IMG/VR virus record: IMGVR_UViG_3300022700_000208
Span: 17,646 to 81,645 of that record
Reading direction: 5' to 3' (one strand)
Source: a virus
Length of the DNA stretch: 64,000 nt
A program made the position numbers and the translations under genes. The notes beneath the pieces were generated by a model, which saw only the letters and a list, made by a program, of their open reading frames with translations, searched no databases and was not told the DNA's origin. The number at the start of each line of letters is the position of its first letter. Positions within the stretch are counted from its first letter, which is position 1. Shown here piece after piece: positions 25,939-34,994 of the stretch.

Positions 25939-28785
25939 ATGAGTCGAGCAAAGTCACTCCTGAATACATTCAATGAAGCCAGAATTGGTGACGATAAAAC
26001 TCAGCATAATGATCGGTTTGCTGTCCTTGGGGGAGGTAATGCCTATCTTCCAACAGGAAAAAGGCAGACAGCCGAGAAGTTAACTGCTGGGGCTTACGTT
26101 CCTAAAATGAGCCCTCAAGGTGTTGTGTTTGAAAAGGCTCAGATCAACACTGATGAGATCCTTCGCTTTGAGGATGAAAGACAAAAGAAGGTTGTCAAAA
26201 GAGTAGAGAAGTTTTGGGAGCAGGGCCAACGCTATAATCAGTTTGGCTTTACTCATTCCTTCGGTCTTCTCATGGAAGGTCCCCCAGGCAGTGGAAAATG
26301 TCTGGGTAGAGGGACTCCTGTTCTCATGTACGATGGATCTACCAAGAAAGTAGAGGATGTAGTTGTAGGGGATAAATTGATGGGAGATGATTCTACTCCT
26401 AGAACTGTTAAATCAACTACTAGTGGATATGAGCAGATGTACAGGGTTGTTCCTGTAAAAGGTGATCCTTATGTAGTTAATGAATCTCATATCCTTAGCC
26501 TTAAGATGTCCTGCGCAGCAGGAGGAAAAGAAAAAGGTGAGAAGGTAGATATCTCTGTAAGAGAGTATATGGAAAGAAGTAATCATTTTAAGCATTATGC
26601 TAAAGGATATCGAGTAGGAGTCGACTTTGAAGAAAAAGAGGTTCCTCTAGATCCTTATTATCTTGGGATATGGCTAGGAGATGGAAACAATAAGGATCAG
26701 AGTATTTCCAACCCAGAGGAAGAAATTCTTGAGTATCTTTATTCTTTGGGTGAAGAAAGAGGGCTTCATGTATATGCTGATACTCAAGAAGGAAAATGTC
26801 CTTTAATAAAGCTAGTGAAAAAAGAAGGATTATATAATAACCTTCTTGATTCTTTGAGAGAACTTGAGCTTATTAACAATAAGCATATCCCCCATATTTA
26901 TAAAGCCAATTCAAAAGAGAATAGACTTCAGCTTTTGGCTGGTTTATTGGACACAGATGGTTATTATTGTAATGGTTATTATGAAATAATGAGCAATAAC
27001 TCAGTCTTGAAGGATGATATTCTTTATCTTGCAAAATCTCTTGGTTTTGCTGCCTACTATAAAGAAAAAGAGGCTAAGTTAGAAAATTGGGATGAGCCAA
27101 GGACCTATTATAGGATATCTATTTCAGGGCATGTTGATGAGATTCCATGTAAAGTGGAAAGGAAGCAAGCAGAGCCAAGAAAACAAAAGAAAGATGTTCT
27201 TTCTACGGGAATCACTTTAGAGAAGTTGGAAGTTGATGAGTATTTTGGTTTTGAGATTGATGGTAATAGGAGATTTCTCCTGGGGGATTTTACTGTTACT
27301 CACAATACCGTGATAGTAAAACAAGTTCTTGAGGATGCTATCAATCAAGATCATATTGCTCTCATTTGCAGGAATGTGGATGATTTGGCTGAAGGTCTTA
27401 ATGCTCTAAGAGAGGTTGAGCCTGATCGCAAGATCCTTTGTGTGATGGAAGATATTGAAAACCTCATCAAGTTTGGGGATCAATCTCTCATTCAGCTCAT
27501 GGATGGGGACAATAAGCAAGAGGGTGTGTTCTACCTGGGAACTACAAACCATCCTGAGAAGATCCATCCCCGTGTTAAAAGAAAAGGCAGGTTCTCAGAG
27601 ACCATTCATGTTCCGTTTCCTCCCAAAGAGGGAAGACAAGCCTATCTCAAGAAAAAGCTTGGCCAGCATGAGGATGCCAAGGAAATCAATCGCATTGTGA
27701 AAGCCACAGAGGGCCTTAGTTTTGCCCACCTCAGGGACTACATCATTGGGACCTATTGTGAGGAGAGAAACTCGGATGAGGTTCTCAGCGAAATTAAGGA
27801 CGTGTCAGTGGAGGAGCTTAAATCCCAGGGCCTTACCTATGATGAGTTTAAAGAAAAGCTTGAGGAGGCTCTTGGAGTCCAGAGCACCGCTTCATATAAC
27901 CAGTCCTTGAATGAGGATACAGTCCGTACTCCTAGCGATAAAGCCAAGAGCAAATCTCAGCGCCGCCGAATGGAGAGAATGAAGAGCAAATATAAGAAGC
28001 AAAAGAGCGAGTCCAGGGCTTCTAAGCTCTTAGAGGAGATGGATGATTCTGGGTTCAGTCTGATTGATCCTGAAGAGATCAAAAAGGAATTCAGGCAGAA
28101 GATCAAGAACTTTGGCATTGAGGGAGTCAATGTTGAGGATGTCACTGTAGACATGGAAAATGATATCATTGTCAATTTCTCTGATGATGAGGGAGATGAA
28201 CTCCTGGCCATTTTCCAACACAATGAAGAGGAAGCCTGGGTTCTTATTGTCGATGATGAGGAGGAAGCTGAAAATGAAGAGGGAGAAGCCATTATTGTGG
28301 ATCTTAGTCCTCTTCCATTTGCCCTTAGGGATACCCCAATCGGTAAATATTTAGAGCTTGCCACTCTTGAATGGATGAATAAGTCCACTCTTGTTTCCAT
28401 CCTAAGAGCTGGGGAGATCGGATATGATAAGCAGATCAAAGACTATAGCAATAGCTATGATGCTTATGGGAACCGAGTTGTAGCTCCAGCCGAAGCCAAA
28501 GTCAGTGAGGAAGATCTTAAGAAACATCTTCAGGAAAGTGGTGTTGATGAGCTTAAGAGAACAGTTGTCAGAGGAGGAAAGAGAGTCAAACTCCCTGTGG
28601 TGATAAAGAAGAAAAAGAAAAAGCTCACTGGTAAACAAAAGGCAGGCATCAGAAAAGGTGCAAGGAAAAGAAAAGCCAAGAAGGCTCAGATCCAGAGGAA
28701 GAGAAAGAAATCCCTGAAGAAAAGAAAGCAAATGGGCCTTAAAAAGGGAGGTCTTGGGACTCGAAGAAAGCTCAAAGGAAGATAA
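25939..28785 (+). CDS. leader + AAA+ ATPase (with intein) + gp68-like prohead core fusion
   Basis: GPPGSGK|T, VMEDIE, GTTNHP, RKGRF; C-terminal IQRKRKKSLKKRKQMGL. Confidence 0.8.
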   Translation: MSRAKSLLNTFNEARIGDDKTQHNDRFAVLGGGNAYLPTGKRQTAEKLTAGAYVPKMSPQGVVFEKAQINTDEILRFEDERQKKVVKRVEKFWEQGQRYNQFGFTHSFGLLMEGPPGSGKCLGRGTPVLMYDGSTKKVEDVVVGDKLMGDDSTPRTVKSTTSGYEQMYRVVPVKGDPYVVNESHILSLKMSCAAGGKEKGEKVDISVREYMERSNHFKHYAKGYRVGVDFEEKEVPLDPYYLGIWLGDGNNKDQSISNPEEEILEYLYSLGEERGLHVYADTQEGKCPLIKLVKKEGLYNNLLDSLRELELINNKHIPHIYKANSKENRLQLLAGLLDTDGYYCNGYYEIMSNNSVLKDDILYLAKSLGFAAYYKEKEAKLENWDEPRTYYRISISGHVDEIPCKVERKQAEPRKQKKDVLSTGITLEKLEVDEYFGFEIDGNRRFLLGDFTVTHNTVIVKQVLEDAINQDHIALICRNVDDLAEGLNALREVEPDRKILCVMEDIENLIKFGDQSLIQLMDGDNKQEGVFYLGTTNHPEKIHPRVKRKGRFSETIHVPFPPKEGRQAYLKKKLGQHEDAKEINRIVKATEGLSFAHLRDYIIGTYCEERNSDEVLSEIKDVSVEELKSQGLTYDEFKEKLEEALGVQSTASYNQSLNEDTVRTPSDKAKSKSQRRRMERMKSKYKKQKSESRASKLLEEMDDSGFSLIDPEEIKKEFRQKIKNFGIEGVNVEDVTVDMENDIIVNFSDDEGDELLAIFQHNEEEAWVLIVDDEEEAENEEGEAIIVDLSPLPFALRDTPIGKYLELATLEWMNKSTLVSILRAGEIGYDKQIKDYSNSYDAYGNRVVAPAEAKVSEEDLKKHLQESGVDELKRTVVRGGKRVKLPVVIKKKKKKLTGKQKAGIRKGARKRKAKKAQIQRKRKKSLKKRKQMGLKKGGLGTRRKLKGR
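26299..27306 (+). mobile_element. class 1 intein with LAGLIDADG endonuclease (336 aa)
   Basis: CLGRGTPVLMYDG..VNESHIL..LLAGLLDTDG..FTVTHN|T. Confidence 0.92.
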
Positions 28786-28882
28786 TATGAATTATGGCAA
28801 GTGGTATGCCCAGGAAATGGACCGATTGGGTGATGAAATTGAGGATCAAGAAAACCATCGTAAGGATAGAGAGGAGACAGAC

Positions 28883-29221
28883 ATGAGTAAAGCCAAGGAA
28901 CTGACAGAGAAATTCAATAAGGTAGATGAGAAGGACTTAAAGTCTGAGGATCTCAAGGAATTTGCTGATGCTATCAGTGAAACTATAGGCAAAGTTCAGA
29001 ATTTTGTCGATGGGTATCAAAGAGTCAGAAAGAGACTCAATAAGGATATGCAGAAGGCAAAAGACAATGTTGATAATCTTGGCTCTGGAGAGTCTGATGA
29101 GAGTGTTCAGGAAGAGCTTCATGTTCTTGCCGATATGATGCAAGATTTCCTTGAAAGTATGGAGGAGCTTGCGAATGATAACAAAAAAGAAATGGAAAAC
29201 GCTGTAAAGAAACTTAAATAG
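28883..29221 (+). CDS. leader-bearing protein (MSKAKELTEKFNKVDE|K)
   Basis: GAGGAG SD before ATG at 28883; an in-frame upstream ATG at 28787 is also possible. Confidence 0.6.
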   Translation: MSKAKELTEKFNKVDEKDLKSEDLKEFADAISETIGKVQNFVDGYQRVRKRLNKDMQKAKDNVDNLGSGESDESVQEELHVLADMMQDFLESMEELANDNKKEMENAVKKLK

Positions 29222-29236
29222 ATAGGAGTTTGTACT

Positions 29237-29569
29237 ATGTCAAAAGCAAAAGAATTGAAAGAGAAATTCGATAAAACCAAACAAGGTCAGTCTGTATCTG
29301 AGCAAGGGACCAGCCCTAATAATGTTGCTAAGACAAGAGATCAAGTTGCAAAGAGATTAGGTGCAGCTCAGAAAATTATGTCTAAGCCTGATCCTGAAAA
29401 TTTAAAACAGATTGTACAGGGACATCTAGATGCTTTGGATGCTGTTAGGTCAGGTCTTGTTTCCATGTTTAAAAAAGAAGGAAATAAAGACATGCAAAAG
29501 GTAATAGATAAAGTTTCTGACTCAGAAAAAGAACTAAGAGACTTGGTTAAAAAAGAGGATTTTTTCTAA
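29237..29569 (+). CDS. leader-bearing protein (MSKAKELKEKFDK..VSE|Q)
   Basis: Shared leader. Confidence 0.65.
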   Translation: MSKAKELKEKFDKTKQGQSVSEQGTSPNNVAKTRDQVAKRLGAAQKIMSKPDPENLKQIVQGHLDALDAVRSGLVSMFKKEGNKDMQKVIDKVSDSEKELRDLVKKEDFF

Positions 29570-29570
29570 T

Positions 29571-29801
29571 ATGTCCAAGGCAAAAAACTTGCTTACTTTG
29601 GTCTCAGAGGCCAGTAAGCCAAAAATTGAAAAGCTCAAGTCCATTTGGGAGGGCTTAAGCTCTAGACAGAAAAAAGAGTTAATGGCCCTTTATGCTTTCT
29701 CCGAGTTCAATGAAGAGTTTGATCACCTATCTTCTTATCAGAAGGAAGTGATGATCAATAACCTAGAAGTAGCAGAATCATTTTCATCGAAGGAACACTA
29801 A
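29571..29801 (+). CDS. leader-bearing protein (MSKAKNLLTLVSE|A)
   Basis: Shared leader. Confidence 0.65.
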   Translation: MSKAKNLLTLVSEASKPKIEKLKSIWEGLSSRQKKELMALYAFSEFNEEFDHLSSYQKEVMINNLEVAESFSSKEH

Positions 29802-30367
29802 TGCTTATCACTGAAGACTCAGACCGTTGTTTTGTGATCAAAGATGGAAAGGCCATAGCCATATCCGAGACTCCAGAAGGTCTTGATAATGGGGGCCGTG
29901 ATGATGTCTATGCCTATGTGGTGGATGATGAGGAAGAAACCTATGCTCGGATGTTTGAGGCAGATTCAGATGATCATGCCATAACAAAAGCCAAGCTCAG
30001 CATGTATGAGAATGGCAATCATCGAGCGTATGTTGGAAAATTCCTAGGTAAGACAGAAGCAGGACCTATATTCAGGGATATGAACCTGATATATGCTGAC
30101 ATGGATGAGGGAGTGAATGAAGAGCTTAAAGAGTCCACTTCCAGAAGGCTAGTTAGGCAGTCTGTCAGATATGGAACTCAGTTCATCACAGCCAATGAGC
30201 AAGAAAGACAAAATCTTATGGGGGCCATCACTCTCCTCAACCAAGCTCAGTCAGCTAATGAGGATTCTCAAGCCAAAAAGCTTCTCACTCTTTCCCGCCG
30301 CGTGGCCAAGGGATCAATTGATGAAAAATCTCTTAGGAAAATCACTGGGGAAAGTAAGGAGGAGTAG
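29801..30367 (+). CDS. hypothetical head-region protein
   Basis: Acidic; lies between portal and protease genes. Confidence 0.55.
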   Translation: MLITEDSDRCFVIKDGKAIAISETPEGLDNGGRDDVYAYVVDDEEETYARMFEADSDDHAITKAKLSMYENGNHRAYVGKFLGKTEAGPIFRDMNLIYADMDEGVNEELKESTSRRLVRQSVRYGTQFITANEQERQNLMGAITLLNQAQSANEDSQAKKLLTLSRRVAKGSIDEKSLRKITGESKEE

Positions 30368-30913
30368 TTGGATTTATCCCTTGAGATGCTTTTCACAGTT
30401 TTGGCCCTATTTGTAGGGTTAGCTGGTCTTATTTGGAAGATGGTTGACTCCCTTATCCAGAGACAGGAGTCTGCTAAAAAGCGGATTATTGAATCTGAAA
30501 AGCAATCTAAAAAGGAAGCCTTGGATAGGGAACTTGATGCCAATAAGAGACTTGAGGAAGAAAAGGCCCAGATCCAAAAGGAACTTGAAAAGCAAAAGCA
30601 GCGCCATGTTGATCAGCTCATTCAGGGAATAAGGGAAGAAATATCCAAGCTGGACAAGAAACTAAGTCGTGTTCATGAGTCCTATATAGAGCTTAACACT
30701 AAGTTTGAGAGCAATGAGGACAAATATAATCAGGTCCTTACAGAGGTTCATGAGTTTTTTAAAACCACTAAAGCCAGATTCGACATGCTGGAAAAACAAG
30801 CCAGTAATCATGAGGCATCTATTGAAGACATAAAAACCAGGCTTATGGATATTGGAAATGATTTAGTGATTGTGAAAGATGCAGCCGATAAAGTGAGGTC
30901 AAGCAAAGGATGA
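30368..30913 (+). CDS. N-terminal TM + coiled-coil protein
   Basis: TM LFTVLALFVGLAGLIW followed by heptad repeats. Confidence 0.55.
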   Translation: MDLSLEMLFTVLALFVGLAGLIWKMVDSLIQRQESAKKRIIESEKQSKKEALDRELDANKRLEEEKAQIQKELEKQKQRHVDQLIQGIREEISKLDKKLSRVHESYIELNTKFESNEDKYNQVLTEVHEFFKTTKARFDMLEKQASNHEASIEDIKTRLMDIGNDLVIVKDAADKVRSSKG

Positions 30914-31782
30914 AGTTTCACACCCTAGAAGATAAAAAAATGTTTCTCATTGAATGTGGGAGGTCCGACCTCCTGGATAAGATTAATGAGTCCTACGAGC
31001 CCTCCCAGGAACTTCAGGAACTATTCCTTAAGAAAAGAAGAAAGAAGATCCCCACTCTTAAGAACTTCAAAAAGTCTCAAGCCACATCCCAGCAGTGGAG
31101 GAAGAAACGCTTTAAGATGATGCGTGGCATTAAAGACTTTCATAAATCCACGTCGGGAAAGAGGTTTCACCGCGCCTTAGGTAGGTTCATTGCAACCAGG
31201 GATTTCAGAAGCAAGAGGTTTACCAGGGAGAACTATAATCTAGGAGAGGTGTGTGAGGTCCTCAAAGCCCTCTCAAGCGCTAAAACTCAATCCTACATAA
31301 CCCTGGAGTATTATAAGCCAGCGGACAAACAAGCCGATTTTGAGCTTTTCATAGAGGAGATTGTTCCGATTATCGAACAGATTGAGAAAAGTCTAGTGGT
31401 CGGAAAGGAAATCAGTGAGGAGGAGCTTGATCTGCTGGTCAGGATAACTGATGAGAAGGTGATCCTAGACTACCTGGACAATAGTCAAGGAAGGTTCAAT
31501 GCTCTTCATAGTTTCTGGGCTCACATGAATGAGATTGGTGATCCCAGTGAAATTGGTTTTTATCTTGATACTCTCAATTGCACCAAGCATTTGAATGAAG
31601 AGGGCAGGATTATATCCACGATTGCAGAAAGGACAGGCCACTCTTATCAGGAAGTGGAACGCTCTCATAACAGACATAAGGCCAATTTGGTTAAAGAGGG
31701 GATCAAAAAATACGAAAGTACGAATAATTCGTATTTTCCCCGATTATTTGACGGGATCAAAAAGGACCTTAAACTAGACTAA
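30910..31782 (+). CDS. putative prohead core/head protein
   Basis: Basic segment; position just upstream of the prohead protease. Confidence 0.4.
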   Translation: MKFHTLEDKKMFLIECGRSDLLDKINESYEPSQELQELFLKKRRKKIPTLKNFKKSQATSQQWRKKRFKMMRGIKDFHKSTSGKRFHRALGRFIATRDFRSKRFTRENYNLGEVCEVLKALSSAKTQSYITLEYYKPADKQADFELFIEEIVPIIEQIEKSLVVGKEISEEELDLLVRITDEKVILDYLDNSQGRFNALHSFWAHMNEIGDPSEIGFYLDTLNCTKHLNEEGRIISTIAERTGHSYQEVERSHNRHKANLVKEGIKKYESTNNSYFPRLFDGIKKDLKLD

Positions 31783-31818
31783 ATTCCCGTTTAACTGTCT
31801 CAAAAATAGATTCAACTC

Positions 31819-31852
31819 GTAAAAATTTTTATTTCCGTTTTCCTAATAGAGG
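31819..31852 (+). promoter_or_regulatory. candidate late promoter motif, copy 2
   Basis: GTAAAAATTTTTATTTCCGTTTTCCTAATAGAGG, intergenic, upstream of protease/MCP. Confidence 0.55.
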
Positions 31853-31895
31853 CATCTGTCTTTTTTATTCGAGCAAGGTCTAAGGAGAAAAGCGC

Positions 31896-33380
31896 ATGGG
31901 TGATCCAGCTCAAGATTTAGGTCCTAATTCCAATGAGGTTTTGGGAGTATTTGAACCTGATGCTGGCTTCAGACTTGAAGAAGCAAATGGTGAAGTTGGG
32001 GGAAAGCATGTCTTAGGTCGAGTTAAGGGAACTTTCTTTGTTCCAGAAGGGGTTTCCCGCAATAACCGATACTACCCCAAGGAGTTATGGGAGAGGGTTG
32101 TCCAAGATCCCATGATCAAAAAGCGTCTTGAGGAAAGGCGCATGTTTGGGACCATCAGCCATGAGCAACCCTTGGATGATAAAGCTCTCCTTGATGGAAA
32201 GATCAGCCATATTATCACTGATCTTCAGATCAAGGAAGGAAAGCAGGGATACGGGGAAGCCTTAATACTCGACACCCCTGCTGGGAATATTCTCTATCGA
32301 GTTCTCCAGGCAGGAGCCAAGTTATTTGTCTCCTCTAGGGCCAATGGCCAATTCAAGGGAGAAGAAAGGGGAATACCTAAAGTTGATCCAGAAACATTTC
32401 AACTGAATACTTTTGATTTCGTTATGGACCCTGGTTTTGTTCAGGCTAATCCACAGATGGAAAGTCTTCAGGAAGCGTTGAATAAACTAAAGAAACTTGA
32501 GGAGACTATGGGACAGCAAAATAATAATCAACCAAATCAAGAAAACAATAAATCACAAGGAGATGAGCAAATGGGCCAACAGAATAATCAGGATCTTTTA
32601 GAAAAGCTCTCCAAGCAAAACAGTGACCTGGAGCAGCAACTCGACACTGCCACAAAAGAGGTTGAGCGTCTTAAGGAAGAGAACACCACTCTTACGGATG
32701 AGAACAATAACCTCAAAGAGGAAATGAAAAACCACAAGCAACTTACAGAGGAAGTTGAAAAATATCGAAAGCTTGGAACTCCTGAAGAGATTGAAGAGGC
32801 TTTTGAGTCCGCTGAAAAACTCCATGAGGATAATAAAAAGATCACTGAGGAACTTGGCTCTGCTGAGGAAATTGAGGAATCAATTGATGCAGCTACAAGC
32901 CTCATCGAAGAATACAAAGAGCTTGGCTCTCCCAGTGAGGTCAGTGAAGCTCTTGATGCAGCAGAAAAGACAATTGATGAGTATGCTGAATATGGAACTC
33001 CTGATGAAATCGGTCAGGTCTTTGAACGTGCTGAAAGCATGGTTGAAGAGAAAAAGCAAGAGAAGGAATCCAAAGAGGTTGCTCAGCTTGCTTCTGAAAT
33101 TGGAGTTTCGGAAGAAAAAGTCCGAACTCTTTATGGAAAAGTCTCCAATGAAGAAATCAAGAAAGTTCTTGGGGAAGGCAAGAAAGACTCAGAGAAACCA
33201 GGAAAATCTGAGTCTCTTACTGAGCGCTTCAAGAAAAAAGGAACAAGTGAAAACAAAGATTCCAGTGAAGGTGAAGATGAAGGTGAAAAGAAAACTCCCT
33301 TCAATGAATCTGGAGTCAATCGCTTGTTAAAACGAACAGGTCCTGTCCGCAAGGAAGATCCTGTTGAGAGTCCTCGATAA
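31896..33380 (+). CDS. prohead protease (gp21-like) fused to scaffold (gp22-like)
   Basis: SRNNRYYP, GTISH, ISHII, LDTPAG, VSSRANG, FDFVMDPG; C-terminal acidic coiled coil. Confidence 0.9.
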   Translation: MGDPAQDLGPNSNEVLGVFEPDAGFRLEEANGEVGGKHVLGRVKGTFFVPEGVSRNNRYYPKELWERVVQDPMIKKRLEERRMFGTISHEQPLDDKALLDGKISHIITDLQIKEGKQGYGEALILDTPAGNILYRVLQAGAKLFVSSRANGQFKGEERGIPKVDPETFQLNTFDFVMDPGFVQANPQMESLQEALNKLKKLEETMGQQNNNQPNQENNKSQGDEQMGQQNNQDLLEKLSKQNSDLEQQLDTATKEVERLKEENTTLTDENNNLKEEMKNHKQLTEEVEKYRKLGTPEEIEEAFESAEKLHEDNKKITEELGSAEEIEESIDAATSLIEEYKELGSPSEVSEALDAAEKTIDEYAEYGTPDEIGQVFERAESMVEEKKQEKESKEVAQLASEIGVSEEKVRTLYGKVSNEEIKKVLGEGKKDSEKPGKSESLTERFKKKGTSENKDSSEGEDEGEKKTPFNESGVNRLLKRTGPVRKEDPVESPR

Positions 33381-33469
33381 AGGATTTCTTAGTTAGTTTG
33401 TGGTCTGGACTTCAGGGGCAAACTACGGGGAAACAAAAACAAACCAAACTGACTAAGGAGATTGCGAAA

Positions 33470-34903
33470 ATGCAAGGTCAAATGAATGAAGATTCAAAAT
33501 TACAGGCCATTGATAAAATGGCAGAACAATATTATGAGCGCTATCGAAACAACATGGACGCTCTTGAGCAGTCCTTGAACTGCTCCATCAAAAAAGATGG
33601 CCTCGATGCAAATGATGTTTTTGCATTGGGAAGCCAGCTCGAAAAGTTTGAAAACTTTGTCGAGATGTGTGAGGAAGTCGGTAACACAAACCTTCTTGGC
33701 ACCCTTCCCAAAATCGGTATGGACGTGATCACAGCAGTACATGGTTCTTCCATTATTCCTGTTGTGGCTTCTGTTCAGCCTATTGAGGAAGAGTCTGGCT
33801 TGGTTTGGTTCAAGACTGTTCGCAGTGAAAACACTCGTGGTTCTCAGACAGCAGGCGATGTTGTCCGTGATCCTCGAACAGGCACTGTCTATCCTCAAGG
33901 CTATGCTTCGGGCCGAATTCAGAATGAGCAGGAAGCTACATCAGGTGCTCAGTTCACCTATAGTTTCACTCTCAGTTTTCCTCCGATCCGAAGTGAAAGT
34001 CTCCGTCTTGAGCTTTCTCAAAACTCAGATGTTTTTGCTCGTGATGTTGGCCCTCAGGGTGCTGACAAAAACATCGGGACATTGCTTGGAGCAGGTGTCA
34101 GCGGTACAGTGAATTACACAACTGGCCAAGTTGATGTTGAGTTCACTAGCGATCCTGGCGCTGGCAATATGGTTATGGAATATCAACAGAACTTTGAGCG
34201 TTCTTCTGATATTCCTCAGATCCAGAACTTCTTTGACTCAAAGCAAGTTCGCGCTCATCCGTACACATTGAAAGCCACATTCGGCATGATCCAAGACTTC
34301 ACTATGAGAAAGCGTTTTGGCTTTTCTGCCCAAGACAGCTTGTCAGAAGATCTTGTCACTGAAATCAATAAGGAAGTTGGTGGAGATCTTATCCGCTTGA
34401 TCGACGCGGTTAAGCTTGGCTCTGAGAACTTTGATGCCAGCGCACCTTCTGGTGTTTCCTTTTTCGAGCATAAGCAAACGTACAAAGACGTTCTTGCTCG
34501 GGCCACTACAAACCTCATTAACAATGCAGGTCGTGGTCAGATTTCAGTGCTCATTGCAGGCTTGGATCACACAGCCATTATCCAGACACTTCCTGGCTTC
34601 CAGCGTGTGTCTGATGGTTCTGCTCTTGGAACTCAAGTGATCGGAACCTTGGATGGTATGACAGTGGTTCAGGTGAAGGATACTAACCTTCTTGCAACCA
34701 ATCGCGCATTGGCCATTTGGAAAGGTCCGACACCTTTTGAAGCACCTGCTGTCTGGTCTCCGTTTATGCCTCTTGCCACTACAGGAACTCTTCCTGAGTC
34801 TCCTAACCCGTTAGTTAGCATGAAAGCTGGAGCTGTTGTGGGTGCCGTTGAATCACTGGTTCCTCAGTTTGCCACTGAGATCACTATCAGTAACGCACCT
34901 TAA
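33470..34903 (+). CDS. major capsid protein (T4 gp23-like)
   Basis: SVQPIEEESGLVWF, EDLVTEINKE, AVWSPFMPL; TAAGGAG SD before ATG at 33470; followed by a terminator. Confidence 0.9.
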   Translation: MQGQMNEDSKLQAIDKMAEQYYERYRNNMDALEQSLNCSIKKDGLDANDVFALGSQLEKFENFVEMCEEVGNTNLLGTLPKIGMDVITAVHGSSIIPVVASVQPIEEESGLVWFKTVRSENTRGSQTAGDVVRDPRTGTVYPQGYASGRIQNEQEATSGAQFTYSFTLSFPPIRSESLRLELSQNSDVFARDVGPQGADKNIGTLLGAGVSGTVNYTTGQVDVEFTSDPGAGNMVMEYQQNFERSSDIPQIQNFFDSKQVRAHPYTLKATFGMIQDFTMRKRFGFSAQDSLSEDLVTEINKEVGGDLIRLIDAVKLGSENFDASAPSGVSFFEHKQTYKDVLARATTNLINNAGRGQISVLIAGLDHTAIIQTLPGFQRVSDGSALGTQVIGTLDGMTVVQVKDTNLLATNRALAIWKGPTPFEAPAVWSPFMPLATTGTLPESPNPLVSMKAGAVVGAVESLVPQFATEITISNAP

Positions 34904-34928
34904 GGCATTCTTAGTATAAACCAATAAT

Positions 34929-34961
34929 AATGGAGGGGAGATATCTCCCCTCCATTTCTTT
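34929..34961 (+). terminator. intrinsic terminator after MCP
   Basis: Perfect palindrome AATGGAGGGGAGATATCTCCCCTCCATT followed by TCTTT. Confidence 0.75.
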
Positions 34962-34994
34962 GACTGAGCATCTAATAAACCTGGAGATTTTATT

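Noticed and set aside
27611-27621. TTCCGTTTCCT as a fourth promoter motif copy
   Set aside because: It is one T short, lacks the upstream GTAAA, and lies inside AAA coding sequence (VPFP).
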